In this document: piece by piece, positions 9,485 through 17,226 of the stretch | Numbering within the stretch: the stretch's first letter is position 1 | How the letters are laid out: each line of letters begins with the position of its first letter | NCBI GenBank assembly: GCA_963733295.1 | Contig: CAVTCS010000003.1 | Span: forward strand, 1,856,001 to 1,920,000 | Source of the DNA: Vulcanimicrobiota bacterium | GTDB taxonomy: Bacteria > Vulcanimicrobiota > Vulcanimicrobiia > Vulcanimicrobiales > Vulcanimicrobiaceae | Direction: 5' to 3' | DNA length: 64,000 bases | Translations under genes and position numbers: made by a program | Notes under the pieces: model-generated | Seen by the model: the letters and a program-made list of their open reading frames with translations, nothing else | Database searches by the model: none | What the model was told of the DNA's origin: nothing

Positions 9485-9664
9485 GAGCAACCTGTTGCCC
9501 CTAAGCTTGCGCCGGAGCGACCGGAAGTTTCCTCTGGACCTAGATTCCCAGGTCACCGGGCGATTACTCCGCCCAGACGGCCCGTCCGGCGCTTCCAATG
9601 GTCCCGTTTCACTAGGTGAAAACCGCCGAAGCAGCGTTCCCGGGGCAACCCCCTGCGGTTGCTC
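9485..9664 (-). ncRNA. Candidate structured 5' leader RNA (riboswitch-like) of the ABC operon
   Basis: Nested inverted repeats: GCGCCGGA/TCCGGCGC (9509-16/9585-92) enclosing several short helices; terminal GAGCAACC/GGTTGCTC and GTTGCCCC/GGGGCAAC can pair locally or long-range. No family identified. Confidence 0.4.
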
Positions 9665-9735
9665 GTACAAAGCGCGCAGAACCGGCGTGTACAGGCCGGT
9701 ATCGAAGGCGAAGATGCCGTTTTGCACGGACGCTA

Positions 9736-10995
9736 CTAGCGGGTCGTCAGTAGCACGCTGAGGACGGCGAGCGCGAGCGCGGGCGGCATCACCAGCACGC
9801 CGGCGCGCAGGAACGTCCAAGCGGTGATGTCGATCTTCTCGCGGCGCAGCGCTATCAGCCAGAGGACCGTCGCAAGCGAACCAGTTACCGACAGATTTGG
9901 TCCCAGGTCGATGCCGATTGCGAGCGCCGCGCGCAGCGCGTCGTGGCCGTGTAGCGTTGCGGCACTCGTCCCGGCGATGAGCCCCGCGGGCAGGTTGTTC
10001 ATGAGATTCGATGCGACGGTAGTTGCGGCGCCAGCGCTCAGCACCGCAGGCACCGGCGGCCACGCGGCGAGCGCCTTGATGCCCGCGCGCGTCAGCTCGA
10101 GCAGTCCCGTTGAGTCGAGGCCTTGGATCATAACGAACAGCCCCGCGACGAACGCGAGAACCGACCACGAGACGGAGCCGAGCACGTCGCCGATTGCGGG
10201 ACGGTCGCGGAGGCAAACGATCGCGAAGATAAGTATCCCGCAAACGAACGTCGCTGCGCCGAGCGGCGCTCCGAGAGCAGAGGCCGTCAGGAGCGCGGCC
10301 GCAGTAAGCCCGACTCCGGTCAGTGTCAAGCGGCCGGCTGCGTGCAGTCGTTCGGCGTCGATGCCGCTCGTAAGCGGTCCGCGCAGAGCGCGCCGCGAGA
10401 TCAAGCCGAGAACGATAAAGGTCGTGGCGATCGCGAGCAGCGACGGCAGCGCGAATGTGGCGATCCAGCGCGGGAGCTGCGGAATCGCCCCGGCGAAGAC
10501 GACGAGATTCGCCGGGTTGGAAATTGGCAGCACGAAGCTCGCGGCGTTCGCGATGAACGCGCAGGCGAGAAGATGGGGCAATGGGTCGGCTTTCGCTTTG
10601 CGGACGGCGGCCGCGACGGCCGGCGTCAAGACAACAGCGGTAGCGTCATTTGAAAGCACGACCGTAACGACGAAGCCGACGGCGTAGACGAGTCCGAAGA
10701 GGCGGACGCGCGATCCGCCGGCCGCACGCACAGCGTGACTCGCGGCCCAGTCGAAGACACCTTCGCGTCGGGCGAGTTCCGCGAGCACCATCATGCCAGC
10801 GAGGAAAAGGTAGAGGTCGGTGCCGCGCTGGACCGCGTTGGCGACGGCGCCCAGCGGCACCAGCCCGAACACCGCGAGAAGCGCCGCGCCAAGAACAGCC
10901 CAGACCCATTCTGGAATACCGCGGGGACGTGCGAGTACACCGCCGATGCTCGCGGCGCAGAGTGCCCAAATGGCGACTTGTGCGGTCGTCGTAAT
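9736..10995 (-). CDS. ArsB/NhaD-family (arsenic transporter-like) membrane protein
   Basis: LSNDATAVVLTP, FIANAASFVLPISNPANLV, NLMNNLPA, GIDLGPNLSVTGSLAT. The frame extends upstream of the tracked GTG (10872) through a typical first TM pair (AIWALCAASIGGVLARPRGIPEWVWAV). Start uncertain; ATT at 10995 proposed. Confidence 0.82.
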   Translation of the reverse strand: MTTTAQVAIWALCAASIGGVLARPRGIPEWVWAVLGAALLAVFGLVPLGAVANAVQRGTDLYLFLAGMMVLAELARREGVFDWAASHAVRAAGGSRVRLFGLVYAVGFVVTVVLSNDATAVVLTPAVAAAVRKAKADPLPHLLACAFIANAASFVLPISNPANLVVFAGAIPQLPRWIATFALPSLLAIATTFIVLGLISRRALRGPLTSGIDAERLHAAGRLTLTGVGLTAAALLTASALGAPLGAATFVCGILIFAIVCLRDRPAIGDVLGSVSWSVLAFVAGLFVMIQGLDSTGLLELTRAGIKALAAWPPVPAVLSAGAATTVASNLMNNLPAGLIAGTSAATLHGHDALRAALAIGIDLGPNLSVTGSLATVLWLIALRREKIDITAWTFLRAGVLVMPPALALAVLSVLLTTR

Positions 10996-11070
10996 TCTAA
11001 GCGGCCGGTGCAGTTCGGAATGGCGAAGGTCGCGCAGACATAAAGCGAGTGTTCCGCCTCATCGCTGCAA

Positions 11071-13662
11071 CTAACCGGGCCCGTACGACCAATCGGCGAT
11101 GTTCCATAAGTCCGAGCCGACCGGTACGGGCCGGACGCCTTTGAGGTCGACGTTCGAAGCGGTAATCTCGGGGAGCCAGTCGAGCACGTATTCCGGAACC
11201 TGATCGATCAGCACGTGCTGGATCTTGTAGTAGAGCGCGCGACGGGCCGGCACGTCGTAGGTCAGCAGGGCCGCTCGTTGCCACTTGCCGATATCGGCGT
11301 TCTGGTAGAACGATACGTTTTGACCGGCCGGCGGCACGTTAGCCGGCGAAATGTAGGGTTCGTCATCGGGGTCCGGGTCAGTGTTCTGCCACGTGAAGAG
11401 CGCGACGTCGATTTTGCCGGTATAGAGCAAGCCGCCGGCTCCAAAGGGTGCGAAGAACGTAGCAGCGGGATAGTTCTTCACGCTAAGATCGACGCCGGCT
11501 TCGCGCCACTCACTCTGCAAGAGCACCTCGATCGCTTCGCGATTCTTCACGCCGGCCACCGTCGAGATGGAGAATGCGAGCGGCGCGCCGGCTTTCCGGC
11601 GGATCCCGTCGGGGCCCGCTTTCCAACCGTCGGAATCGAGGAGCGCGGCCGCTTTCGCGACGTCGTGCGGATAGTACCGGATCGCCGGATCGGCCCAACC
11701 GAAATCCGGATTGAAGTGCACGGGTCCGAGCGTTCCGAGTCCGCGATAGATTTTCCTATAAATCGTGTTGATGTCCGTCGCGTAGGCGAGCGCAAGTCGA
11801 ACCGTACGATCGTCGAGCGGCGGGCGTCGCGTGTTGAAAGTGAGATGTTCCCAGTGCAACGTCGAGACGTTCGCGAGCTTGATTCCATCGAAGCTCTTCA
11901 TTTGCTCGGCCTGCAGTGCGGGAACGCCGTAGTCGACGTCGATCTCGTGCGTCCGGAGTGCGTCGAGCAGCGTGTTCTGATCGGGGATAAAGCGCACGAG
12001 GACGTGTGGGATCCTCGGTTTACCGGCGAAGTATGAGGGGTTCGCGTCGAAGCGCATTTCGCTCCCGTGCGCCCACGCGCGAAAGCGATACGGCCCGGTA
12101 CCGACCGGATGGGTATTGAAGGCGATCTTATTGATATCGCGATACCCGGCTAAGATGTGTTCGGGCACGATGGCGCCGCCGTTGAGATCCCGGAAGAGAT
12201 AGACCGCGGGCGGATACGGTTGACGCAGCTTGACGCGCACGGTGTACTTGTCGGGCGTATCGATCGTGACGATCTTGTCGTATCCCGCGCGCGAGGTCAC
12301 GTTGTTGTTCGGGTTCATCATGGCGCGCCACGTGAACGCGACGTCGGCTGAGGTAAACGGCACGCCGTCGTGCCAGCGAGCGTTACGCACGAGATGGTAG
12401 GTCAGCGTCTTCCCGTCACGCGATATGCCGCCGTTTGCTTGCGTCGGTATTTCGCGCGCGAGATCTGGGATGGGCCGCGCTTTGTCGTCGTAGCGGATCA
12501 ATCCGTCGAAGACGAGCTGATAGATGTCGCTCGCGAAGGCCATGCTGCCGAGCACCGGATCGAGCGTATCCGGCTCTTCGTAAAGCCCGATGCGAACCGT
12601 GTCGGGTTTCGTCCACGCGTGAAGTTGCGCCGGACCGGTTCCGGCGGTGCCCAGGCGCGTGCACCCAGTGATTCCGCTCCCTGCCAGAGCGCAGACGAGC
12701 GCGACGACCGCGGGTGCCAGCGAACGGCCTCGCCCCCACGGCGCGTATGCAAAGATCAAACCGCCGAGAAAACACAGCCCGCCGAGCCACAGCGCGAGGG
12801 GTGCGGGGATCGCCGAAATGACGAGCGTCGGATACGTTCCGATCGTCGCGCGCAAGCGCACGCCACCGAGCTCCAGCGCCGTGTCGCCTTGAACGAATCC
12901 GATGCCGCCGGGCACGAGGTCGCCGCTATCGTTGTCCACCGCGAACAAGACCGCCGGCAAACCCGGGTCCACGCCGTGGAACTTCGAGTTCTTCGTCGCC
13001 GCCGCACTGAAAAGGAAGGCTTTGATTTGGCGATGCACCGCCGGCGTGTTGAACGTGTCGGCCGGGAGCATCCGGTTCGCGATTTCGAGGTTCTGGGGAA
13101 AGAACAAGATAGGCGAGAGGAACGCGGGGTTCGTCGGCTGCGTGATCGTGAGGTGATTGCCTTGCAGGTCGGTCGCATCGATATAGGCGACCGTTTGCGG
13201 GCGTTGCTCGATCGCGGTCGTTCCGAAAAAGCGCGGCGCACCCGGAGCCAGTTCGACGTTCGAGCCGTTGCGGCGGCGCAGCACGACTCGCGCGTCCCCG
13301 CGCTGGATCGTGGCAGCATCCGCATTCGGAAAGAACGCCGCGGCCTTGACGTCGGGCAGCGGCGCGACGGTCGCCGGCGCGCGCGAGACCGTTTCGCTGT
13401 CCGGACCGAGCAGACCCGACGCGATCCCTGCGCCGATCGTCACGAGCGCTCCGATCATCGTGACGATCAGGCGATTACCGGTTTCACCATCTTGCCTTTT
13501 GCGGGCGGCGTTGATGTATCCAAACAACCCGATGGCGCAGAGAGCGAGCGCCGCCGCGTATTGCCACGTGTGGAAACCCGCCCAGCTCGGAACGAAGAGT
13601 TGCGCAAAGACCAGGGCCATCGCGATCGTTGCGACCGAGATCGCGAAGGCGCGATGACTCAC
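11071..13662 (-). CDS. Fusion: N-terminal ResB/CcsB-like membrane domain plus peptide/nickel ABC substrate-binding protein (family 5)
   Basis: GTG at 13662 overlaps the TlpA TGA. C-terminal EEPDTLDP, WHDGVPFTSADV, PVGTGPY, DRTVRLAL are SBP_bac_5 motifs. N-terminal about 310 aa has 3 TM, a soluble domain and another TM, then an internal lipobox (GITGC). Confidence 0.75.
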   Translation of the reverse strand: MSHRAFAISVATIAMALVFAQLFVPSWAGFHTWQYAAALALCAIGLFGYINAARKRQDGETGNRLIVTMIGALVTIGAGIASGLLGPDSETVSRAPATVAPLPDVKAAAFFPNADAATIQRGDARVVLRRRNGSNVELAPGAPRFFGTTAIEQRPQTVAYIDATDLQGNHLTITQPTNPAFLSPILFFPQNLEIANRMLPADTFNTPAVHRQIKAFLFSAAATKNSKFHGVDPGLPAVLFAVDNDSGDLVPGGIGFVQGDTALELGGVRLRATIGTYPTLVISAIPAPLALWLGGLCFLGGLIFAYAPWGRGRSLAPAVVALVCALAGSGITGCTRLGTAGTGPAQLHAWTKPDTVRIGLYEEPDTLDPVLGSMAFASDIYQLVFDGLIRYDDKARPIPDLAREIPTQANGGISRDGKTLTYHLVRNARWHDGVPFTSADVAFTWRAMMNPNNNVTSRAGYDKIVTIDTPDKYTVRVKLRQPYPPAVYLFRDLNGGAIVPEHILAGYRDINKIAFNTHPVGTGPYRFRAWAHGSEMRFDANPSYFAGKPRIPHVLVRFIPDQNTLLDALRTHEIDVDYGVPALQAEQMKSFDGIKLANVSTLHWEHLTFNTRRPPLDDRTVRLALAYATDINTIYRKIYRGLGTLGPVHFNPDFGWADPAIRYYPHDVAKAAALLDSDGWKAGPDGIRRKAGAPLAFSISTVAGVKNREAIEVLLQSEWREAGVDLSVKNYPAATFFAPFGAGGLLYTGKIDVALFTWQNTDPDPDDEPYISPANVPPAGQNVSFYQNADIGKWQRAALLTYDVPARRALYYKIQHVLIDQVPEYVLDWLPEITASNVDLKGVRPVPVGSDLWNIADWSYGPG

Positions 13663-14198
13663 TGCGCTTTGAGCACCGGATCGACGAGAGCTTGAAACTC
13701 GGCGAGCGTCCGTTCGCCGTCGACGCCGTGAACGATATGACCGGTGCGATCGACGAGCACCGAAGTCGGCAATCCGATCGCCCCATAAGCGCGACCGTAG
13801 CGCTGCTCGGTGTCGATCAAGATCGGGTAAGTCAAGTTCAACTCGCGTGCGAACTTGCTCGCGGCGCTTCGCGATTCGCCCTGATCGACGCCGAGCACGA
13901 CCAGACCGCGCCCCTGGTCCTTGCGATAAAGCTGTTCGAGCGCCGGCGTCTCGCTGCGGCAAGGCGCGCACCACGTCGCCCAGAGATTTACCAAAACGAC
14001 CTTGCCGCGATAGTCGTTGAGCGCCGAGGTGCCACCCTCAAGGGTTTGGAGAGCAAAGCTTTGCGCAGGTGCTCCGGCTAACATCGATGGTCCCGCCGGC
14101 GGCCCTGCTCCTCCGGCACCGCTGAAGTATGCCGAAATAGTCAACACGACCGCAATGAGGCCCACTGCCGTCAGAGCGAGAAAGAGACCATTGCGCAT
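13659..14198 (-). CDS. TlpA/ResA-family thiol-disulfide oxidoreductase
   Basis: N-terminal TM anchor; GKVVLVNLWATWCAPCRSETP; GLPTSVLVDR. Confidence 0.9.
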   Translation of the reverse strand: MRNGLFLALTAVGLIAVVLTISAYFSGAGGAGPPAGPSMLAGAPAQSFALQTLEGGTSALNDYRGKVVLVNLWATWCAPCRSETPALEQLYRKDQGRGLVVLGVDQGESRSAASKFARELNLTYPILIDTEQRYGRAYGAIGLPTSVLVDRTGHIVHGVDGERTLAEFQALVDPVLKAQ

Positions 14199-15090
14199 GG
14201 ATGCCACTTCGGAGGAATTCCCAGAGCCCCCCGCAGCCGCGCGGCGCCACGTAACTTGGCGAAGGCGCAACGTTCCTGTCGACGCACAGACCAACGTAGC
14301 GGTCTTCGAAGCCGGCTGCTCCGACTCGAACGCGCCGACAATTCTTCTCGTGCACGGACTCGGACACTGGACGCAGGCTGCCTGGGACTTCGTTGCAGCC
14401 GAGCTTGAAGGGACGCACCGTCTCGTCGGTTTCGATCTTCCTGGTTTCGGCGAGTCGTCCAAACCCGATGTGGTTTACGATCTCGCGTATTTCACGCGCG
14501 CGGCGCGCGCCGTCGTCGAGGCGCTCGAATTGCGCGGATTCGTTCTCATCGGACACTCGCTGGGCGGTTTGATCGCGGCGAACTACGCGGCGACGTATCC
14601 CGGCGACGTTCGCCGGCTCGTGCTAATCGCTCCCGCAGGCTTCATGCGTACGCCGAAATTGCTCGTTCGCGTCTTCGGCAGCCGCATCATAACGGGCGTA
14701 GCTGACGGCGTGCGGCCTTCGCGTGCTTGGGTGCGGCATACGCTCGAAACCACCGTCTTCGATCCGGCGAACATCGACGAAGACTTGCACGCGCAGATGT
14801 ACGCCCTCTCGCGCGACCGCACGATGGTGCGAGCTTTCTGGCGCGTCTACCGCGACGCGCTCAAGGATTTCCTCGATCTATCCGCTTTGCACGCGAAGCT
14901 GGCCGAGTATCGTGGACCGGCCTTGCTCGTGTGGGGGCGGCAGGACCGCCTCGTTCCGATTAAATCGCTCGACAGCGCTCGACGCGTGTATCCGCAGGCC
15001 GAAGTCGAGATCTTCGAGCGTTGCGGACACTGCCCGAGTTTCGAATTTCCCGAAAAGCTAGTCGAGCGGCTTCTCGTCGCCGGTGCGTGA
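14197..15090 (+). CDS. Alpha/beta fold hydrolase
   Basis: LLVHGLG, DLPGFGES, GHSLGG nucleophile elbow, WGRQD, CGH; start uncertain. Confidence 0.88.
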   Translation: MDATSEEFPEPPAAARRHVTWRRRNVPVDAQTNVAVFEAGCSDSNAPTILLVHGLGHWTQAAWDFVAAELEGTHRLVGFDLPGFGESSKPDVVYDLAYFTRAARAVVEALELRGFVLIGHSLGGLIAANYAATYPGDVRRLVLIAPAGFMRTPKLLVRVFGSRIITGVADGVRPSRAWVRHTLETTVFDPANIDEDLHAQMYALSRDRTMVRAFWRVYRDALKDFLDLSALHAKLAEYRGPALLVWGRQDRLVPIKSLDSARRVYPQAEVEIFERCGHCPSFEFPEKLVERLLVAGA

Positions 15091-15438
15091 ACCCCTGGGC
15101 GTCGTTTGCTCGGGCAGTTCCGTGACGGTCGCACTCGTTGTTTCCCCGGGGACGAGCGTGCCGTATTTCGCTTGGTAGTAGGTGTCGCGCAGCGTGCCGA
15201 GTTGGATGTCGGATTTCACCACCGACCCATCACCCCGTAGCACGGCGATTTCGCGGATGAACGGAACGTACGCGCGGAGCCGGACGGTTTTCCAATCCGA
15301 GATCCGCCATTTTTGCGGCGACATCACGAGAAAATCGTACGAAGGCAACTTCTTATCCGCGACCTTCAACGGCGTGAGCCGGACGCGAAACCCTTCGCAC
15401 GCGTAGATCTGCTCCTCGAGTTGAACCGGCGTCGGCAA
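15058..15438 (-). CDS. Hypothetical protein
   Basis: Strong AGGAGG RBS before a TTG start; globular-looking 126 aa; no motif recognised. Confidence 0.7.
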   Translation of the reverse strand: MPTPVQLEEQIYACEGFRVRLTPLKVADKKLPSYDFLVMSPQKWRISDWKTVRLRAYVPFIREIAVLRGDGSVVKSDIQLGTLRDTYYQAKYGTLVPGETTSATVTELPEQTTPRGSRTGDEKPLD

Positions 15439-15555
15439 TTGAGAACTTCCTCCTGACGTTGCGTTGTTGTTCCCAGAGGCGCAGGTTCCGCGTTCTCAAG
15501 AGCAACCTCCTAGGACTTTACCCGCCCGCGTAGCATCTCCGGCGAACACCGCACC

Positions 15556-16713
15556 GTGAATCCGAAATTCGCGCTCCTCTGGATCACCGGGCTCGATCTG
15601 CGCATCACGCTGCTCGCGCTGCCGCCCGTGCTTCCGCTCATCCATCGCGACCTAGGACTCTCGGAATCGGGCGTGGCCGCGCTCTCGAACCTGCCGGTCC
15701 TCATGCTCGCGCTCTCGTCGATCTTCGGTTCGCTCTCGGTCGCCAAGCTCGGACCGCGGCACGCTCTCGTAATCGGAATTTGGACGATCGCGATTTCGTC
15801 GGCGCTGCGAGGAGCCGGACATTCGGTTTTCGCTCTCTTTGCGGCGACGTTCGTGATGGGACTCGGCATCGCGCTCATTCAGCCGGCATTCCCGGCGCTC
15901 TCGCGCGACTGGTTCCCGACGCGCGTGCCGCAGGCGACGGCGGTCTGGGCGAACGGGCTCGTCGCGGGTGAAGCGCTGGGGGCGTCGCTCACCTTGCCGC
16001 TCGTCCTGCCGCTCGTCGCATATCGCTGGGATTGGAGCTTCGTCGTGTGGGGCGCGTTCGTTGCGCTGACCGCTCTGCTGTTGATGGCTACGACGCGAGG
16101 CGAACCGCCGCACGATCCACTCCCCGGGACGCGCTGGTTCCCGGATTTTCGAAGCCCGCTGCAGTGGCAACTCGGCATCCTGCAGGGCGCGGCCAGCATC
16201 GCGTACTTCGGCGCAAACGCTTTCGTGCCCGACTACCTTCACGCGACGAATGCTGGAAATCTCGTCGGGCCCGCACTCTCGGCGCTCAACATCGCGCAGC
16301 TGCCCGCTTCGTTCGTGGTGGGACTCGTGCCGCTTCGGATCTTGGCCCTGCCCGCATCGTCGTTCGGCGTCGCAGGGTTGTTGGCGCTCGCCATTCTCGC
16401 CTTTCTGGCGGGGGGCGCTTGGACGGTCGTGGGCGCCGCGTTGGTAGGGTTCGGCGCCGCCTACGTTTTGATCGTGACCTTCGCCTTGCCGCCGCTCATC
16501 GCAGGCCCGCGCGACGTCGCCCGCCTCTCCGCGGGAACGTTCACGATCGCGTACGCGGGCGCGTTCCTCGTTTCGCTCGGCGCCGGCGCGCTGTGGGACG
16601 CAACGCATCACCCCGTGCTGGCTCTTCTTCCGATCGCATGCGCGCCGATTATCGTCGTCGCGCTTGGCCCCGCGCTAAGCCGCGCCGCCCTCACGGCTGA
16701 AGGTCACCGATGA
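15556..16713 (+). CDS. MFS transporter, CynX/cyanate-permease-like
   Basis: GLDLRITLLALPPVLPLI N-terminus, about 12 TM segments. Confidence 0.85.
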   Translation: MNPKFALLWITGLDLRITLLALPPVLPLIHRDLGLSESGVAALSNLPVLMLALSSIFGSLSVAKLGPRHALVIGIWTIAISSALRGAGHSVFALFAATFVMGLGIALIQPAFPALSRDWFPTRVPQATAVWANGLVAGEALGASLTLPLVLPLVAYRWDWSFVVWGAFVALTALLLMATTRGEPPHDPLPGTRWFPDFRSPLQWQLGILQGAASIAYFGANAFVPDYLHATNAGNLVGPALSALNIAQLPASFVVGLVPLRILALPASSFGVAGLLALAILAFLAGGAWTVVGAALVGFGAAYVLIVTFALPPLIAGPRDVARLSAGTFTIAYAGAFLVSLGAGALWDATHHPVLALLPIACAPIIVVALGPALSRAALTAEGHR

Positions 16714-17216
16714 TTTTGAGACTGCTGAGGCGCGGGAGTGTGGAGGCGCAGATCGATGTACGGCGTTCGCGGCTCGCGGCTCGCCGGGACGTCTTCAGGA
16801 ACGCGTGCGCTGCTTGGACCAATGCTGCGGACAAAGCGGTAGATCGCGCGCTGATCGTCGAGCGTAAGGTGACGCAGGTCGTGCCACTGCATCCGCCCGC
16901 CACGAGTTCGCACGGAGAAAAGCCACTGGTCCTCGGTAATTTCGTGGAACCATTGGCGCACGTTGATGGGGTACTCGGTGCCCCAGGCTTGGCGCAGGCC
17001 AATTTGGCTACCGATCATCCAGGAGCTTAGCGCGACGTTCCCGTCGGAGTCGCGCCACATCGGTGTGTGGCAGTCGTTGCAGGCGCCGATGACCACAAGG
17101 TAGCGCCCCCTGGCAAGCAACGGATCCAGGTCCGGCGTCGTCCGTTCGGCGCTCGCCGGATCGAAGCAGAGGCCGGCTGCTATGAGGAGTAGGCTCCCGA
17201 GCAGAGCGGTGCGCAT
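16704..17216 (-). CDS. Periplasmic monoheme cytochrome c
   Basis: Signal peptide; ARGRYLV..GACNDCHTP; candidate axial Met in RMQW; GAGGG RBS before ATG 17216. Confidence 0.85.
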   Translation of the reverse strand: MRTALLGSLLLIAAGLCFDPASAERTTPDLDPLLARGRYLVVIGACNDCHTPMWRDSDGNVALSSWMIGSQIGLRQAWGTEYPINVRQWFHEITEDQWLFSVRTRGGRMQWHDLRHLTLDDQRAIYRFVRSIGPSSARVPEDVPASREPRTPYIDLRLHTPAPQQSQNHR

Positions 17217-17226
17217 AGTGTTCCCT

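Noticed and set aside
9485..9664. Assignment as ZTP, xanthine (NMT1) or guanidine riboswitch, or as RNase P RNA
   Set aside because: Only short fragments match; the ZTP GACUG and P3 elements and the remainder of RNase P are absent. Kept as an unclassified candidate.
9736..10995. Arsenic-resistance operon
   Set aside because: No arsR, arsC or arsH adjacent; the ArsR genes at 52-54 kb are the SRPBCC-associated type.
13663..13974. N-terminal 104 aa of the tracked 967-aa ORF
   Set aside because: Arg-rich out-of-frame read of tlpA; the GTG at 13662 coupled to the tlpA stop is the better start.
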